Source of the DNA: the human T2T-CHM13v2.0 reference genome, Homo sapiens
Assembly (NCBI RefSeq): GCF_009914755.1
Contig: NC_060945.1
Length of the DNA: 64,000 nucleotides
Reading direction: 5' to 3' (one strand)
The notes beneath the pieces are model-generated. The model was given only the letters and a program-made list of their open reading frames with translations. It was not told where the DNA came from and did not search any database. Every line of letters begins with the position of its first letter. Position 1 is the stretch's first letter. Below, piece after piece: positions 1 to 14,600 of this stretch. A program made the position numbers and the translations under genes.

Positions 1-336
1 TACAATCTGATTTTTTAAAATTGTAAACATGTATGATCTTGGTTTCATGTGTTTTTGAAAGTGTTATTGTTTAAAAAATGAAAAAAGCATATCTGCTAAA
101 GAGCTGTCAGTTTTCATTACTGACTCTGTAAAATACACTGTTCTTTGTGTACTGTGTGTTATTTTGCCAGCTGCTGCATTAGCCTTCAAAAGTATTTGGA
201 AACTTAAGATGAACTACATTTCTTGCAAAGTACATTCCTTTCTGTGGTATTTTGTCCTGTAACTGAAGTATAGTAATTATTTTATGGAAATGTTAGCAAT
301 TCTGTACCAACTTTGAATAAAATGAAAAATTTATAT
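1..336 (+). other. SLC5A3: 3' end of a long AT-rich terminal exon, probably the SLC5A3 (SMIT1) 3'UTR, nested in MRPS6 intron 1
   Basis: Repeat-free AT-rich sequence with several TGTA (CFIm) motifs, AATAAA at 316-321 and a T/GT-rich downstream element. Identity is inferred from the known nesting of SLC5A3 in MRPS6 intron 1; no SLC5A3 coding sequence is visible. Confidence 0.72.
316..321 (+). terminator. Polyadenylation signal AATAAA (cleavage ~335)
   Basis: ctttgAATAAAatgaaaaatttata followed by tttctgtg; TGTA just upstream at 303-306. Confidence 0.75.
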
Positions 337-569
337 TTCTGTGACTAAGTATTTTCAGTATGAACACTGCCACAATGTAGTGTTCTGGGTCTCAGAGTTG
401 AAGAAGAGTTTGTACCTCAGTTTCTTTTGCCCTTGGCCCATGAATGGTTTCCAGTGAATTTCCCCCTACTAATTTTTGTCATTTTTAATCTTTGTAAACA
501 CTGACTCACAGGTATTGACTGAGAATAGGATTATGTGTAAAACATAGAGTAAATTAAAATATTCTTAAT

Positions 570-1900
<1,331 letters not shown>

Positions 1901-2058
1901 CATTTTCCAGCACAGTAAGATGTTCTGGATGCACTGTGTCATTTCCCTGCCTCAGTCTGGGGATTGGGCATTTAGTAGAGTGGCTTGGAGTACTCACTGC
2001 TGTAGGGGTATCATGACTTCTGGGCCCTTTCAGTGTACAGAACTAGGAAATACACATA

Positions 2059-2605
2059 CAGTCACATGTCTTATAATGGTGTTTCAGTGAACAATGGACG
2101 ACGTATATGATGGTGGTCCTATAAAATAATGGAGCTGAAAAGTTTCTGTAGCCTAGTGATCTTGTAACGTACCGTAACACGTTACTCCTGTTGATGGTGG
2201 TGCTGGTGTAAACAAACTCTGCTGCCAGGGATATAAAAGTGGACAGTAATGTCTTAAGCTTTTACATTCACTAACCACTCACCCAAAGCAACTTCAGTCT
2301 TGCCAGCTCCATTCATGGTAAGTGCCCTTTATGGGTATACCGTTTTTTATCTTTTATACCATATTTTGACTGGACCTTTTCTATGTTTAGATGCTCAAGT
2401 ACTTGTCGTTGTGCGGTTACTTACAGTATTCCCTGCAGTAACTGCGTGGGTTTGTAGTCTAGGAACAGTAGGCTACACCACATAGCCTAGGTGTGTAGTA
2501 GGGTACGCCTTCTAGGTGTGCAGAAGTACACTTTATGATTGTACAAAGCAAAACTGCCTAACGACGCATTTCTCAGAACATGTTCCTGTTGCTAACTGTG
2601 CACAT
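2059..2605 (+). mobile_element. Tigger3/MER7 (Golem)-type TcMar DNA transposon derivative
   Basis: Starts cagtcacatgtc...gatggtggtcc...aatggagctgaaaa and ends acgacgcatttctcagaac; matches the remembered Tigger3 consensus. Confidence 0.75.
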
Positions 2606-3889
2606 CTACAGATGCCTCCAGTTCTAAACCAACACCAGTGGTTTCTTTTTAGCCTTCCCTCGGTGTTTGTATTTCTCTTCTCCAGCAGTGAGAAATCTGA
2701 TAATACTGATGCAACTCATTTTGTTGAATCCTGTAACACCTTAGAATTAATTTTTGCATGGATAGAGTCTTTATTCTACCTCGTATTTGTTTGCAACTTT
2801 GGCTGAATGTAGAATTCTGGGTTAGAAAGCACTTTCCTTCAGAAATTTGAAATCATAAGACCATAGGAATTTTCTAGCCTCTAGCCTCTGTGCTCTAAAA
2901 TTTCAGTTAGGTACCTTGACAAAAGTTTTTCTTGGACAGTACTGGCCCTTGGTGGGTTCTTTCAGTATGGCAGCTCCGTGCTGGGACTGTGATTCTCCCT
3001 GCTCTCTCCTGCTTAGAGCCCCTTTTGTTTAGCTCTTGGACCTCCTGGACTGGTACACTTGGTTTCATGCCTTTGCTCTTAATTTTCATCTCTTTGCTCT
3101 TTCTAGGGCAGTTTCTAAACTTTATCTTCCAACCCTTCTGTTGAAAAAGAATAAAATTTCTGTTGAGTTTTTCAATTTTAAGAGCTCTTTTGTTCCTGAA
3201 ATCTTTTTTTATAGTCTCTTATTCTTGTCTTATATCTTGTATCTTCTCATCTCTGAAGGTACTGTCGTCTTCCACTCCCGCTTTATTTACTTCAAGATAG
3301 TTTTTTTTCTGTGTTAATCTTCCATGTTAAAGGCTTTTCTCCGATATATGCTGATCTGCTTATTTTTAATAGGGTGGAGCACGCTGGCATCACGATTGGG
3401 CCTGCAACGGCCTGGCTGTTTGTTGGGTTAAGTCCTGCGATATCTTTAGAATAAGTCAAGCTTTCCAAAGAAAGTTTTGAGTTTTAAACTGAAGGATAAA
3501 AGGCCTTTTGCCATGACTGTGAGAGCCAAGTGGGGAAAGAACACAGGGGCCCCATCATTCACAGCCTGCATTTTTTCCTTAATCTCTTTGGTACAGTACT
3601 ACCATTTAGAGCTGTGCCTGTGCCCTCCAATGCAGAGCCCTCTTTTTTATCTGCCGCAGAGTATAAACCTTCAAATATGCATCTCAGGATCCAACTAGTC
3701 CTTAAACTTTTGACCAATTGTATTTATTTTAGTGTCACTTCACCCCCACTTCCCAGAGGTGCCCAGTGTTGGTATGGTTGATTCTTAGTTTTTCCCATTG
3801 TTGATTTTCTGCTTCTACTTCCTTTCTTCCAGAATGTTATTGCTAATGTTTCTTCTCGTATTCTTGTAAGGTTGTACCTGAAAAAAAAA

Positions 3890-3985
3890 AATCCTGCACA
3901 ATATGTGCATCAAAACATCACATTGTTTACCTTGAATATATATCATTTTTATTTGACAATCATACCTCCATAAAGCTGAAAAAAA
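3890..3985 (+). mobile_element. Short L1MA/MB 3'-end fragment
   Basis: catcaaaacatcacattg...tacctccataaagctgaaaaaaa is typical of an L1M 3' terminus. Confidence 0.55.
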
Positions 3986-4253
3986 TCTCTTTACAGTAGT
4001 TCTAGTAGGTTTTCAGGTGGGAGCATAATTAGGTGCTTGTGTTGAATCCTCTGGCTTGCCTGGAAATTCTGGTACTCACCCTTTAACCTTTTGAAGGTTG
4101 AAATTTCAGAGCCTATTGCCCATTTCTGCCCTTCCCTGAGATAACATGTTGCCTACCAGAAGCACAGTTGGAGTTTTAAAGTTCTGCTTATTTCTAAGTG
4201 CTAAGCGATGAAAATTGTTCACATTTCAAAGGGGCCTTAAAAGCTGCGTAGTT

Positions 4254-4574
4254 GGCTGGGCACAGTGGCTCATGCCTGTAATTCCAGCACTTTTGGGAGG
4301 CTGAGGCTGGTGGATCACTTGAGCCCAGGAGTTCGAGACCAGCTTGGGCAACATAACGAAACCCCATATCTACAAAATACACAAAAGTTAGCCACATGTG
4401 CAGATGCACACCTGTAGTCCCAGCTACTCAAGAGGCCAGCTACTCAAGAGGCCGAGGCAGAAGGATTGCTTGAGCCTGGGAGGTCGAGGCTACAGTGAGC
4501 TACTATTGTGCCACTGTACTCCAGCCTAGGCGGCAACAGAGTGAGATCCTGTCTCATTAAAAAGAAAAAAAAAA
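4254..4574 (+). mobile_element. AluJ-like element with a short internal tandem duplication
   Basis: Full dimer with A tail; ccagctactcaagagg occurs twice in tandem at ~4421-4452. Confidence 0.93.
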
Positions 4575-4686
4575 GGCTGTATAGGTGATTCTTTTATACA
4601 ATGTGTATTGAATACCACTCATCAAAGCTATTTTATTGTGAGTTTTAACATATTCCATAAAATGACACATGTATGGTGTAGTAAAC

Positions 4687-5336
4687 AGTTATTTGTGGTA
4701 GTTATGTTTTGTAAATTTACCTCAAACACTGCATGAGTGAATTCTGAATCGTTGCCCCTTGCGTTAGATTCCTTCCAGTGTATGGTCATGTCATTTTTGT
4801 CAATACGTGTTTGTCAATCAATACATGACCTTGCCTCATGTGTGTTTCTGTTTAAAGACAACATAGTTACTAATTGTTGATAACATTGCTAACAGTGATA
4901 ACATTGTGCTCAAGACCGATAGCGCTAGAACTCATGCCTGCATTGTGCTAGATAAGCTTCAATTTTCTTCCTAAGGCACATCACATCCTTACGCTTAGGA
5001 ACACTAGACAGCCCTTCAGCACTGCACTTGGGAGCCATTTTAAACAACGAAATGACCCCCAGAAAGCACACATGCAAAAAAACATGGTACTAAATAGACA
5101 GCCAAAGGACCCTTGTTTATGATATGTGAGCTGAAACAAGGGCGAAACATTGCCTTTGTCTGCCTCAGCTGGGAATGTGTGCAATAGGGGACTGCAGTTT
5201 TCCACCATGCTGTGCATGTGTGCATATCTACAGATGACTGCAGTATTGTTGGGGGTATTGATTTGGGGGCTACAAATAAATTTTAGCAAGTAGGCAAATT
5301 GGCATATATGGATTCCATGATTAATGAGAATCACTT
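4687..5336. mobile_element. MER82 (TcMar-Tigger) DNA transposon
   Basis: Matches the remembered MER82 consensus (gtagttatgtt...gcttaggaacactagacag...aaataaattttagcaagtaggcaaatt). Confidence 0.75.
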
Positions 5337-6504
5337 GGAATTGTGAAGCAAATACCTATGTAACCACCACCCATAAGAAATAGAACATTACCAGCACCAC
5401 CACCCGCTTCCTGCCAAGGAGGCTCATTCCACTTTCAGAAAGTTCTAAACTTTAAAGGATTTTCTGATTGACCTTAAATCTGTCTCTGGCTTTTACTCCC
5501 AAGTTCTACCTCTGAAGTGTTATCCCCTCCCCCACTTCTATTTGAAGAGAAATGTTGAAGATAAATGTATTCTGAAGTCTCAAAATCAGACATCATGTTC
5601 TTCACTCTCTGGGTGTATAGCACAGGGCATAGATTTCAGACCCTTCACCATCTTGCTCTTCTGTTTTTTCCTCTGGATAACTTTGAGGCAGTTGAGGTTC
5701 CTTTTCATATGTGGCCTCCATGTTTCAGTAATTGAGGAGAGACACTGCTAATAATGCAACAAAATGAGAGCCACCATTCCCTAGGGCTTGCCCCCTTCCA
5801 AGTCTAATTTGGGATCTCACTGGCATACCCTAAGGTAGGCCCCCTGTAAAGTCCTGTTGTCTCTTCATAGGAGTTTCTGACTCTCTTTCCAGCTTTCCAT
5901 GGCTTTTCAGAGTTGAGGTTTTTTTTTTTTTTTGTTGCTGTATTGTTCCCCATATGCTTCAGGAGTTGAACATCCATTTGGTTTTGTATTTTAATCCCAA
6001 GAATTTTTAGAAGTTTGGATGCACTGTTAAGTGTTTCTGCCTGTGCCTTAGATGTTGTTTCTGTCTTTTGTCTTATTTCTAGTTCTTTTACTCTGCATCT
6101 CTCCTTTTGACTAGTGGGATGTGCATTAACTTCATTATGCATCTCTGTCTTTCAAAAAATACTCTGTTTTCCTCTTTGCAGTGAAGATCTTTTAAATTTT
6201 ATGACTCAGTATAATCTTTTCTTCCTTTCTAGTTATATTAAGTACAGTTAGCAACTTTTATTTCTCAATTCTCCATTTATTCTTTGACTAGTCATCAAAC
6301 ATTTATTGAACGTGTATTGTAAGCCAAGTTCTTTGGACCTCCAGCATCTAATAACCATGAGTAAGAAGCAATTTGAAGAGGTTTAAGAATAGGGACAGAC
6401 TCCTATATAATTACACTTGCAAGATGTATGTGGAATGCGAGCGATACCTATGGGGTTACAGAAGAAAGACACGTTTATAGAAAGTAGCTGGATCTTTTCA
6501 AAAA

Positions 6505-6920
6505 AACAGTTTGAGATAAATTTCATGTATCTTACAATTCACCCATTTGAAGTGTACAATCCAGTGGTTTTTAAAGTTGTGCAACCATCACCACAGTCAG
6601 TTTTAGAACATTCATAATCATTAGTTGTCACTCCCCAATTCTCCCTCCCCACACCTATTCTCTCCCCACTATCCCCTGGCTCAGACAATTACTTACCTAC
6701 TTTCTGTCTGTATTTGTCTATTCTGGACACTTTAAAAAATATTCCTCTGTCTATGATTATATATCATTTGACTGGCAGCTCCCAATCCCCCCTCCCCATA
6801 ACCACCTAAGCCTCTGGTAACCACCATTCTACTCTCTATGAGATCAACTTTTTAAAATGTCATGAGTGAGATTATACAGTATTTGTCTTTCTTTGCCTGT
6901 CTTATTTCATTTAACATAAT
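6505..6920 (-). mobile_element. L1M 3'-end fragments (antisense)
   Basis: acaattcacccatttgaagtgtacaat... and ctctggtaaccaccattctactctct...ttatttcatttaacataat. Confidence 0.7.
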
Positions 6921-7585
6921 TCAGAGAAACACAAAACCACTGAGGGTTTTGTGGGTGCGGTGGCTCATTCCTATAATCCAGCACTTTGGGAGGCTGAGGT
7001 GGGTGGATCGCTTGACGTCAGGAGTTTGAGACCAGGCTGGCCAACATGGTGAAACCCTGTCTCTATCAAAAACAAACAAATGAACAACAACAACAACAAA
7101 AAACCACATTGAGATATCACCTCATGTCTGTCAGGATGGCTATTATGAAAAAGACAAAATACAAATGTTGACGAGGATATGGAGAAAAGGAACTGTTGCA
7201 CACCGTTGGTGGGAATAAATTAGTACAGCCATTGTGGCAAACAGTATGGAGATTTCTCAAAATATTAAAAATAGGATGACCATATGATCCAGCAGTCTTA
7301 CTACTGGATAAATGGAATAAAATCAGCATCGAAGAGGTGTCTGTATTCCTGTGTTCGTTGCAACACTATTCACAATAGCTGAGATGTGGATCAACCTAAG
7401 TGTCCATCAGTGGATGAATGGATAAAGTATGGCATACATACACAATAGAATACTCTTCAGCCATAAAAAAGGAAATCCTGTGCAACAACATGGATGAGCC
7501 TAGAGGACATTATGTGAAGTGAAATAAGCCAGACACAGAAAGACAACATATGATTTCCCTCATATGTGGCATCTGAAAAAGTAGC
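6921..7585 (+). mobile_element. L1MA-type ORF2 end/3'UTR fragment (sense)
   Basis: tcagagaaac..aaaaccac..gagatatcacctc...aaattagtacagcc...gaaataagccagacacagaaagacaa. Confidence 0.8.
6951..7102 (+). mobile_element. Alu left monomer (FLAM-like) inserted in an L1
   Basis: Single Alu arm with a (CAA)-rich tail; approximate TSD aaaaccac(a)t(t)gag. Confidence 0.8.
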
Positions 7586-8528
7586 TGAATCTTGATGCAT
7601 GTTTTTATTCCTATAATTCCTTTGTGTTTGTGTCCTTTCTCTTCCCTGCTCTACAGAATAGAGCAGTCCATCAGGTGCCTTCCTCCCACCACTTGAATTT
7701 AAGCATCACTGCAGTTGGCCTAGTTGATGGACATGCTTTTTGTCTGTTGTTGAGCAAATTATGCAAATCTGACTTTTTTGTCAAAGTCCATGTTTGTCAT
7801 TCTAGGAATGTATGATTTTAAGAACTTCTCTTAACCCAGTCCACCAGGTGATATTTTTGCTAAACCTTACATGGATATGTAGAAGATTCATTTTCTTATA
7901 AACCTTTTGTCTCTACCATCTAAATCTTTGGTTGACTGTTCCCTCCCCTGGTTTTCTTGTCACTCCAGTGCTGTCTCCCTTCTACCCTGTGAAGAGGTTG
8001 AAATATAAGGTGAAGGCAGGGAACTGAATTGTGCATGAAGGCATGCAATCAATAAGGCAGGTGGCTCAGTAATGCCTACCTGATTCCTGCTCCCACTATC
8101 CATTTCACAAGCTTAGGCATTTCCTTTACTTGCTGTCATAGTAACCAGGACTCCTGCCAGTCTTCCCGTTTATCTTTTATCTGTGAGTGCATCTGAAGGG
8201 GGATGGGGAGTATAGAAATGGAAACCTCTCAGCAAGAGGATCATGGACTTTAAAATGTCCTTAGAATAGCAAGTAGGGTACCTTCATTTTGGCATTGTTT
8301 CTAGCTGATGCAGTAGTATTTACCACAAATAGTCACCCACTGGGGTTGTCATTTTTCCATTTCACATTCAGACAAGACTCCAATATTATTGGTGAGAAAG
8401 AGTGAAACTTTTATGTTCCTTAAATTAGTGTTGGAGAAGATCATTGCTTAAAATCTTTTACAAACTGCAATTCAGCCAGAGTCATTCATCTTTGGGAGGA
8501 TGAGAAGCCAGCTAGCTTCCTACTAGAG

Positions 8529-8700
8529 TGCGGTTCTCACATTTGTTTGCACCTGGGGAGCTTTAAAAAAATCTTAGTGTCCAGGATTTTTGAATCCTTA
8601 AGCCAATTGAATTGAAATATCTGAGGGTAAGATGCAGACACCTTTATTTTTAAAGCTCCCAGGTGATTCAAGTGCTGAGAAATACCTTGGTGATTTCTGC
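8529..8700. mobile_element. MER5A-like hAT-Charlie MITE
   Basis: ggttctca...cacctggggagctttaaaaa...tttttaaagctcccaggtgattc internal inverted structure. Confidence 0.65.
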
Positions 8701-10100
8701 CCTTTTCCTTTGACTTACCCAAATCATGAAAGGAATGATTGATTATATGCAAGTGAGCCCCCAAATTTGTCCTTAAATGAATGACATCTGAATGATATTC
8801 TTTGATTTGAAACCTCAGAAATTAGTTGATTAAGGAACAAAGGTACATTATTATTGAACTAGAGATTAATGTTAACCAAGGCACATGACTAACTAATATA
8901 TAGCTGACAACTAGTAAGTTCACACAAGGTTGGATCTCCTATAATTATGTCTTCCCTTCTGCTCAGTGGGTTCATTTTTTAAATTTATTCGCTCATAGCC
9001 TTTTGATTCCAATGCTGGTATTGATGGCTTAGCAGGCACTTGGTGCAGGGGCCCCTTGGATGGGTAAGTGTAGTTTATGACTTAAAGGCATTTTGCCTAC
9101 CTTGCAGCTCAAGTTGCTTTACTCCTCAGTCATCTGCTTTTTACGTTTGCAAATTCAGCCATGCATTATCTCACTGAGAAGATAACAATGCCTCTGCCTT
9201 GTTCTTGGGTCCTTCGTTTTGGCCCAGGATTAATGTGTGCTGAACTCAGATCAGTTACTGGACCAGTCATTGGCTTCTTGCTCCTGTTTTCTTTTTAACC
9301 TCCATTCTTCTCTGAGTTCTTTTTGTTTTCATCACATTGCCCAAAGAGTACTTCTTAATGTTGGATTTCCCAGGTCTCAAGAGTCTTATTCCTGGCTGCA
9401 TGGCCATAGAATGGGCAGGCTCCTGTTTCCACATCCCTTGGCTTCATTGACCACTGTGGTGTCAGGGCCAGACTTGGTCTTGTCCTATCACGTCTTTTTG
9501 GTGCACTCTGATTCTGGGACCAGTACTTCTGGATTCCAGTTTTTCCTCTCATTCCCCAAGAGACAGAGTAACCAGTTGTAATAATTAATGATGCTGGAAG
9601 TACCAGCTTGCAAGACTCTTTCAGTAACCTCTGGAAGCCACCTGTTTATACCTCTCTGATTATTACTATATTGTTAAAAGCCTGGATGGACACGGAGTCA
9701 GTGAATGAGTTTTCAGTGTCCAAGTGTAGATCTGGGACTTGAAGACAGAATTTACAAATTATGGTATCTGTGGCAAGATAGCGGTTGGGATAGACTTGGG
9801 AGAAGAAATTCTTTAAAGGAAAAATTGAATTTGTTGCAAAAGAAGTTTGTCACTGAAACACGTTTTAATTGCTCATCGTAAATCAGAGTGTAAAAGAAAA
9901 AAAAATGGAATACTCCACTTGTTTTGCTACCTAGGGAAGACTAATACCTTGCATAGTCATCCGTTCTTTTTTCCATGTTTGTCTACATAGTCCTTTTTTT
10001 TTTTTTGGAAGATACATGGATGTACTCTCCATGCTGATTTTATTTTATTATTAAAATGTTTTTATGCCAGTATGTAAGGATCATACCCCATCCCAACCCC

Positions 10101-10247
10101 GACAGGGTTTCACTCTGTTACCCAGGATGGAGTGTGGTGCCACAGTCATGGCTCACTGCAGCCTCATCTTCCCTAGCCTCAAGCAATCCTCCTATCTTAG
10201 CTTCCTGAGTAGCTGGGTCTACAGGTGTGTCCCACCATGCCCAGCTA

Positions 10248-10299
<52 letters not shown>

Positions 10300-10384
10300 T
10301 TTTGTAGAGATGGGATTTAACCATGTTGCTCAGGCTGGTCTCGAACTCCTGGGCTCAAGCGATCTGCCTGCTTCAGCCTCTCAA
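10101..10384 (-). mobile_element. AluJ element with a (TG)n microsatellite in its central linker
   Basis: Antisense Alu arms flank a (TG)n tract. Confidence 0.9.
10252..10300. repeat. (TG)n microsatellite
   Basis: About 24 TG units with one interruption. Confidence 0.97.
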
Positions 10385-10393
10385 TCATCCATG

Positions 10394-10490
10394 TTTTTTT
10401 TTTTTTTTTTAATTTCTATAGGTGTTTTTGGGAACAGGTGGTGTTTGGTTACATTAATAAGTTCTTTAGTGGTGATTTCTGAAATCTTGG
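10394..10490 (-). mobile_element. Short L1PB-like 3' end
   Basis: Poly(T) followed by gggaacaggtggtgtttggttaca...aagttctttagtggtgatttctga. Confidence 0.7.
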
Positions 10491-10664
10491 TGGATTTTTA
10501 AATGGTTGTATCGTACTTATTCAATCAGTGGAAATCGTTTATTGAACCAGTCTCCATTGGGCAATAAGATTTCCATTCATTCACTATCCTAATAACTTTA
10601 TGATGAGCATTTTTCATAGCTAAGTCTGGTACATGGGTATGGTAGTTTGCTTAAATTCCTAGAA

Positions 10665-11116
10665 TGCTGGGTGTGTCCTGCAGACCCTGGCCTACGGATG
10701 AAATGAGTACTCAGACACAGGTATGCAGTGTAAGAGCAGCTAGTTGACTGCCTGGCTCTAGTGGCCAGAGCAGCCCCAAGAAGCTGGAGCTGCTTGGTTT
10801 TATTCAGTGCCGGCACAATGCTGAAAACATGGAGCAAACACAACCTGTAGGTAATTAACATTTATTGCCCCCCTTTCAGAGAACCTCATGCGAGAGGATG
10901 ATCAAAGATCAGTTCCTGGTCAGCATAAGTAAACAAGCCTCTTTAAGATAAATTCCCCTACACTCCCTTGTACCTACTCCTTGGCCTCTGCCTCAGGGTT
11001 ATAGAACAGCTGCCTTCAGCTCTTCTCCCCTGGGGCTCTGCAGAACCTTCCGACCTTTCAGAAGGTTTAGGTCCTTTCCCTGTAGTTTTTCCCACCACTC
11101 TGACTGATTCCCCACA
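10665..11116 (-). mobile_element. Solo ERVK LTR, LTR22 family (HML-5)
   Basis: TG...CA termini, 452 bp, perfect 6-bp TSD CTAGAA (10659-10664, 11117-11122); minus strand begins TGTGGGGAATCAGTCAGAGTGGTGGGAAAAA like LTR22. Confidence 0.85.
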
Positions 11117-12238
11117 CTAGAAGTAGCTGTGGAGTTAAAGGTGTACACATTTTAAATTAATATACATTGCCAAATTGTCTTCCAGAAAGTTTACATTTTT
11201 ACCAATAGTGTAGGTGAGTGTTTGAAGAAACTGAAATCTTAATGTTCTAGGCAAAATAGTGCCATAGGTGGAAGAAAACAAAGGCTTCTACCTATACTAA
11301 ATTCAGTACCCATGTTGATTCTACCCCAAATATAAATTTCATAAGAATTTTCTCCCTTCCTTTCGTCTGCTGTTAGTTCAGACCCACTCTGAGAGCACCC
11401 AAAGTGGCCCTCTTTCCCTCCTGACGGGGTATTCATTTTTCAGGGTCTGGCTGAAATCTGCTTTCTTCAACCAACCAGTTAGTAGTAGTAATTCCTTCTT
11501 TTGAGTTCTTGTGGCATCATTGCTTTTCACATCAGTATTGCCTGTGTTTGAATCTGCCTTTATTAGTAACTTACAAGTGTCTGTCTTCCTATCTGTATCG
11601 CAGACTTTTTAGGGACAGGGACTTGGTGTTCCATTTCCCTGCGGCTACCCTTTTGGAGATGGGCTTCCTAGCGAGCAGCTTGGACATACTTGTCTTGAGG
11701 AAGACACTTTGAGAAGAATGTTTCCAGATAAATGTTAAGTTGAACCAAAATGGCAATTTCCTAAGTTTCAGCTTACATTTCTGATACCCGCAGAATTTGG
11801 TCTGCCCATAAGAGATCATTCACTTTGCCCTTTCACTCCACATGCAGGTGTCAGGATGTATGTATCTCCTGTGTATGTATGTATCTCCTTAAATGACTTG
11901 TGCCATTTAAGTTATTTTAAAATGGCTTCCCCATAAAGATGCGTGATGTTTTCCCGCATGTAACTGTTTCTCAGAAAGATGATTATATAAATACCATATT
12001 CACGAGTGCTTTTTAGTTAATATATTAACTTAAGCAATTCTTAAGATTCTACACTATAGCCTGACAATTAAATGACCACTTGAAAAGCCTGACCTGTGAA
12101 TCTGCAGTATTTTTTTCAACATTATTTTAAAAATTTTAAAATTTGGGGTATTTTTGTTTTTGCAGAGCACACAGCATTGGTTTATTCAAAGAGTTTTTCT
12201 CTGCATTACACTATTATTTTCTTACTACACTTTATGTA

Positions 12239-12532
12239 CAGTTAGACCCTTGAACAGTGTAGGGGTATGCATAATTGAAAATCTGTGTGTAAACTTTGGA
12301 CTCCCCAGAAACTTTACCAATAGCCTACTGTTGACCTGGAAGCCTTACCAATGTTATTTTGTATGTTATGTGTATTATATACTGTATTACAATAAAGTAA
12401 GCTAGAGAAAAAGCAAGTTTTTTTTTCCAAAATGTTGTGACTCTTCAAAAATTTTTCCAATATATTTATTGAATAAAATTCGCTTGTAAGTGGACCTACA
12501 CAGTTTCAACCTGTATTGCTCCAGGGTCACTG
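12239..12532. mobile_element. Tigger2a/MER28-type DNA transposon
   Basis: TIRs cagttagacccttgaaca ... tgctccagggtcactg, flanked by TA. Confidence 0.75.
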
Positions 12533-12618
12533 TATTTTGGTTCCTGTCTCTTCTTTCCCCTCCCATTTACCTACTGTTTTAAAGCCTGTTAAGTCTTTAT
12601 TCATTAGTTACTCCACAT

Positions 12619-12890
12619 TTCTTTCTTTCTTTCTTTTTTTTTTTTTTTTTGAGACAGAGTCTCAGCTCACTACAACCTCCTTCTGGCTCAAGTAATTTTT
12701 GAGCCTCAGCCACCCGAGTAGTTGGGACTACAGGCATACACCACCACGCCTGGCTAATTTTTATATTTTCAGTAGAGATGGGGTTTCGCCATGTTGGCCA
12801 GGCTGGTCTCAAACTCCTGGCCTCAAGTGATCTGCCCGCCTTGGCATCCCAAAGTGCTGGGATTACAGGAAAGAACCACTGTGCCCAGCC
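12619..12890 (-). mobile_element. Alu with a deletion in the right arm
   Basis: Antisense Alu; TSD tactcca(c/t)(a/g)tttct on both sides. Confidence 0.92.
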
Positions 12891-14284
12891 TACTCCATGT
12901 TTCTTAAAAATGGCCTATATAATATGATTCATAAGCAAAGGAGTACAGCATTTAAATTTTAATAAGTGTTTTCTATCTTTGACCTTTACAAAGCCTATAA
13001 AGGTTACTTTTCTAGTCACTTCAAGTTATAACTTCAGGTTCAGGCCTGTAGAGGTAAGTAATCACATTTGAACATGTACTTAGGCATCTTTATGTTTCTT
13101 AGTGTTCTAGACTTGTCCTTATTGAATTTTATTCTAATTTAAAAAGTAGTTTCTGTGTTCGATAATTTTTATTCCTTAATTACCTAGAGGACTGAAACTC
13201 CTGATTCAATAAATTGTTGGGCAAAAGAGGTTCTCTACAATGAAGAATATTTGATCAAACAGTTCCTGTGGAATCAATTTCATAGTTGGGCTTTGCTTAT
13301 GTCATTAGGCAAGGCTGGCACTTCACATATTTTTATGTAGATGGTTCTCCCAAGGTCTGCTAGAACTTCAGCCACTTTCCATGACACCCATTTGACTGTT
13401 GAAAAGTTAGGGCTCACAGATTTTCAGATTGCTGTGAGAATGTCAATGCAGAATTCACAGGGACAGCCTTTCTATTTGAAAATTTAAATTGCAAGGAAAT
13501 TTTTTAAAGGAAGTAAGATTTGGAATTAAGATTCAGCAAAGAATGGGAAAGACTTTTACATGTACATTTTCACAGGTTTTGACAGTTCTGTGTCTTGGCT
13601 CTACCTTCCCTGAGTCCTGCCTGCTCTTGAGTGTTGTATAACTCTTTGTAACGTGAGGCGGGCAGGGTGTAGGTAGATGCTGCATGCTGTTGAATGTTGT
13701 GGATTCTATGTGTGCTTTATTTTCTGGGGAACTAGGGTGTGGTAGTGCTAGCTGGGTATATTGGAGGCCACTGGCTTAAAACTGTCTTTCCCATAGAGTC
13801 TAATTTCTAAGATAATTTTGTTGACAAGTTTCTCTTCTGGGATGAAAATATGTTTAATTAGGTTAAACGTTGGTCATTGACTAGTGGTGGTGGTTATGAT
13901 ACTTCCATGAATTCTTAGCTTCAGTAACCTTCCTGAGTGGGGATTTTATTTGGGGGACAAGGAGAGATTCCTTTCTTCCTTTCATTCTTCCCACCTTTTT
14001 GCTCTCATCTTTTACTACAGCAACTTTTCCCATTAGCATCTCTAGAACTGTGGTTTTCAAAATATGGTTTGAGGACTCTTGGGCTTTACGGGGGACCCTT
14101 TTAGAAGATCATTGTGAAAACAGTAGTGAGTAGAACAGCTGGTACGTTAGCATGAATCTAGTCAGCAGCATTAACTTTTCCTAGCAGTACGTGTATTCTT
14201 CATTGCTATGCAGTTGCAGTTTTCAAAACTGGCTTCACTGCAGAATGTCCTTCAGAATGATGAGTGGTACCAGAGTAGTATTTA

Positions 14285-14600
14285 GTCTTGGTAGGGGCTT
14301 TAAGAAGTTGTTGAGTTCAACCTCCCACCCATGCAGATATTAATCCAACAGCCATCCTGTATCTATTTATGTACTTCAAGTGATGGGAAGGTCACTACTT
14401 CACAAGGCAGCCCACTGCATTTTCATACAGCTGTATATTTTTGGAAATATGTTCTTGTTTACAAAATACAGCTTGATTTCTCTAATTTTTACCCTTTGAT
14501 TCTAGTCCACTCTTGGAATCCAATCAAAATAAAACAAATCTACCTTTTGCATAATAGCCCTGCAAATATTTGAAGTTAGCTCTTGGGTTTTCCCTAAGTC
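14285..14600 (-). mobile_element. L3/CR1 LINE fragment
   Basis: agtgatgggaaggtcactacttcacaaggcagcccactgcatt resembles the CR1/L3 3' region. Confidence 0.55.
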
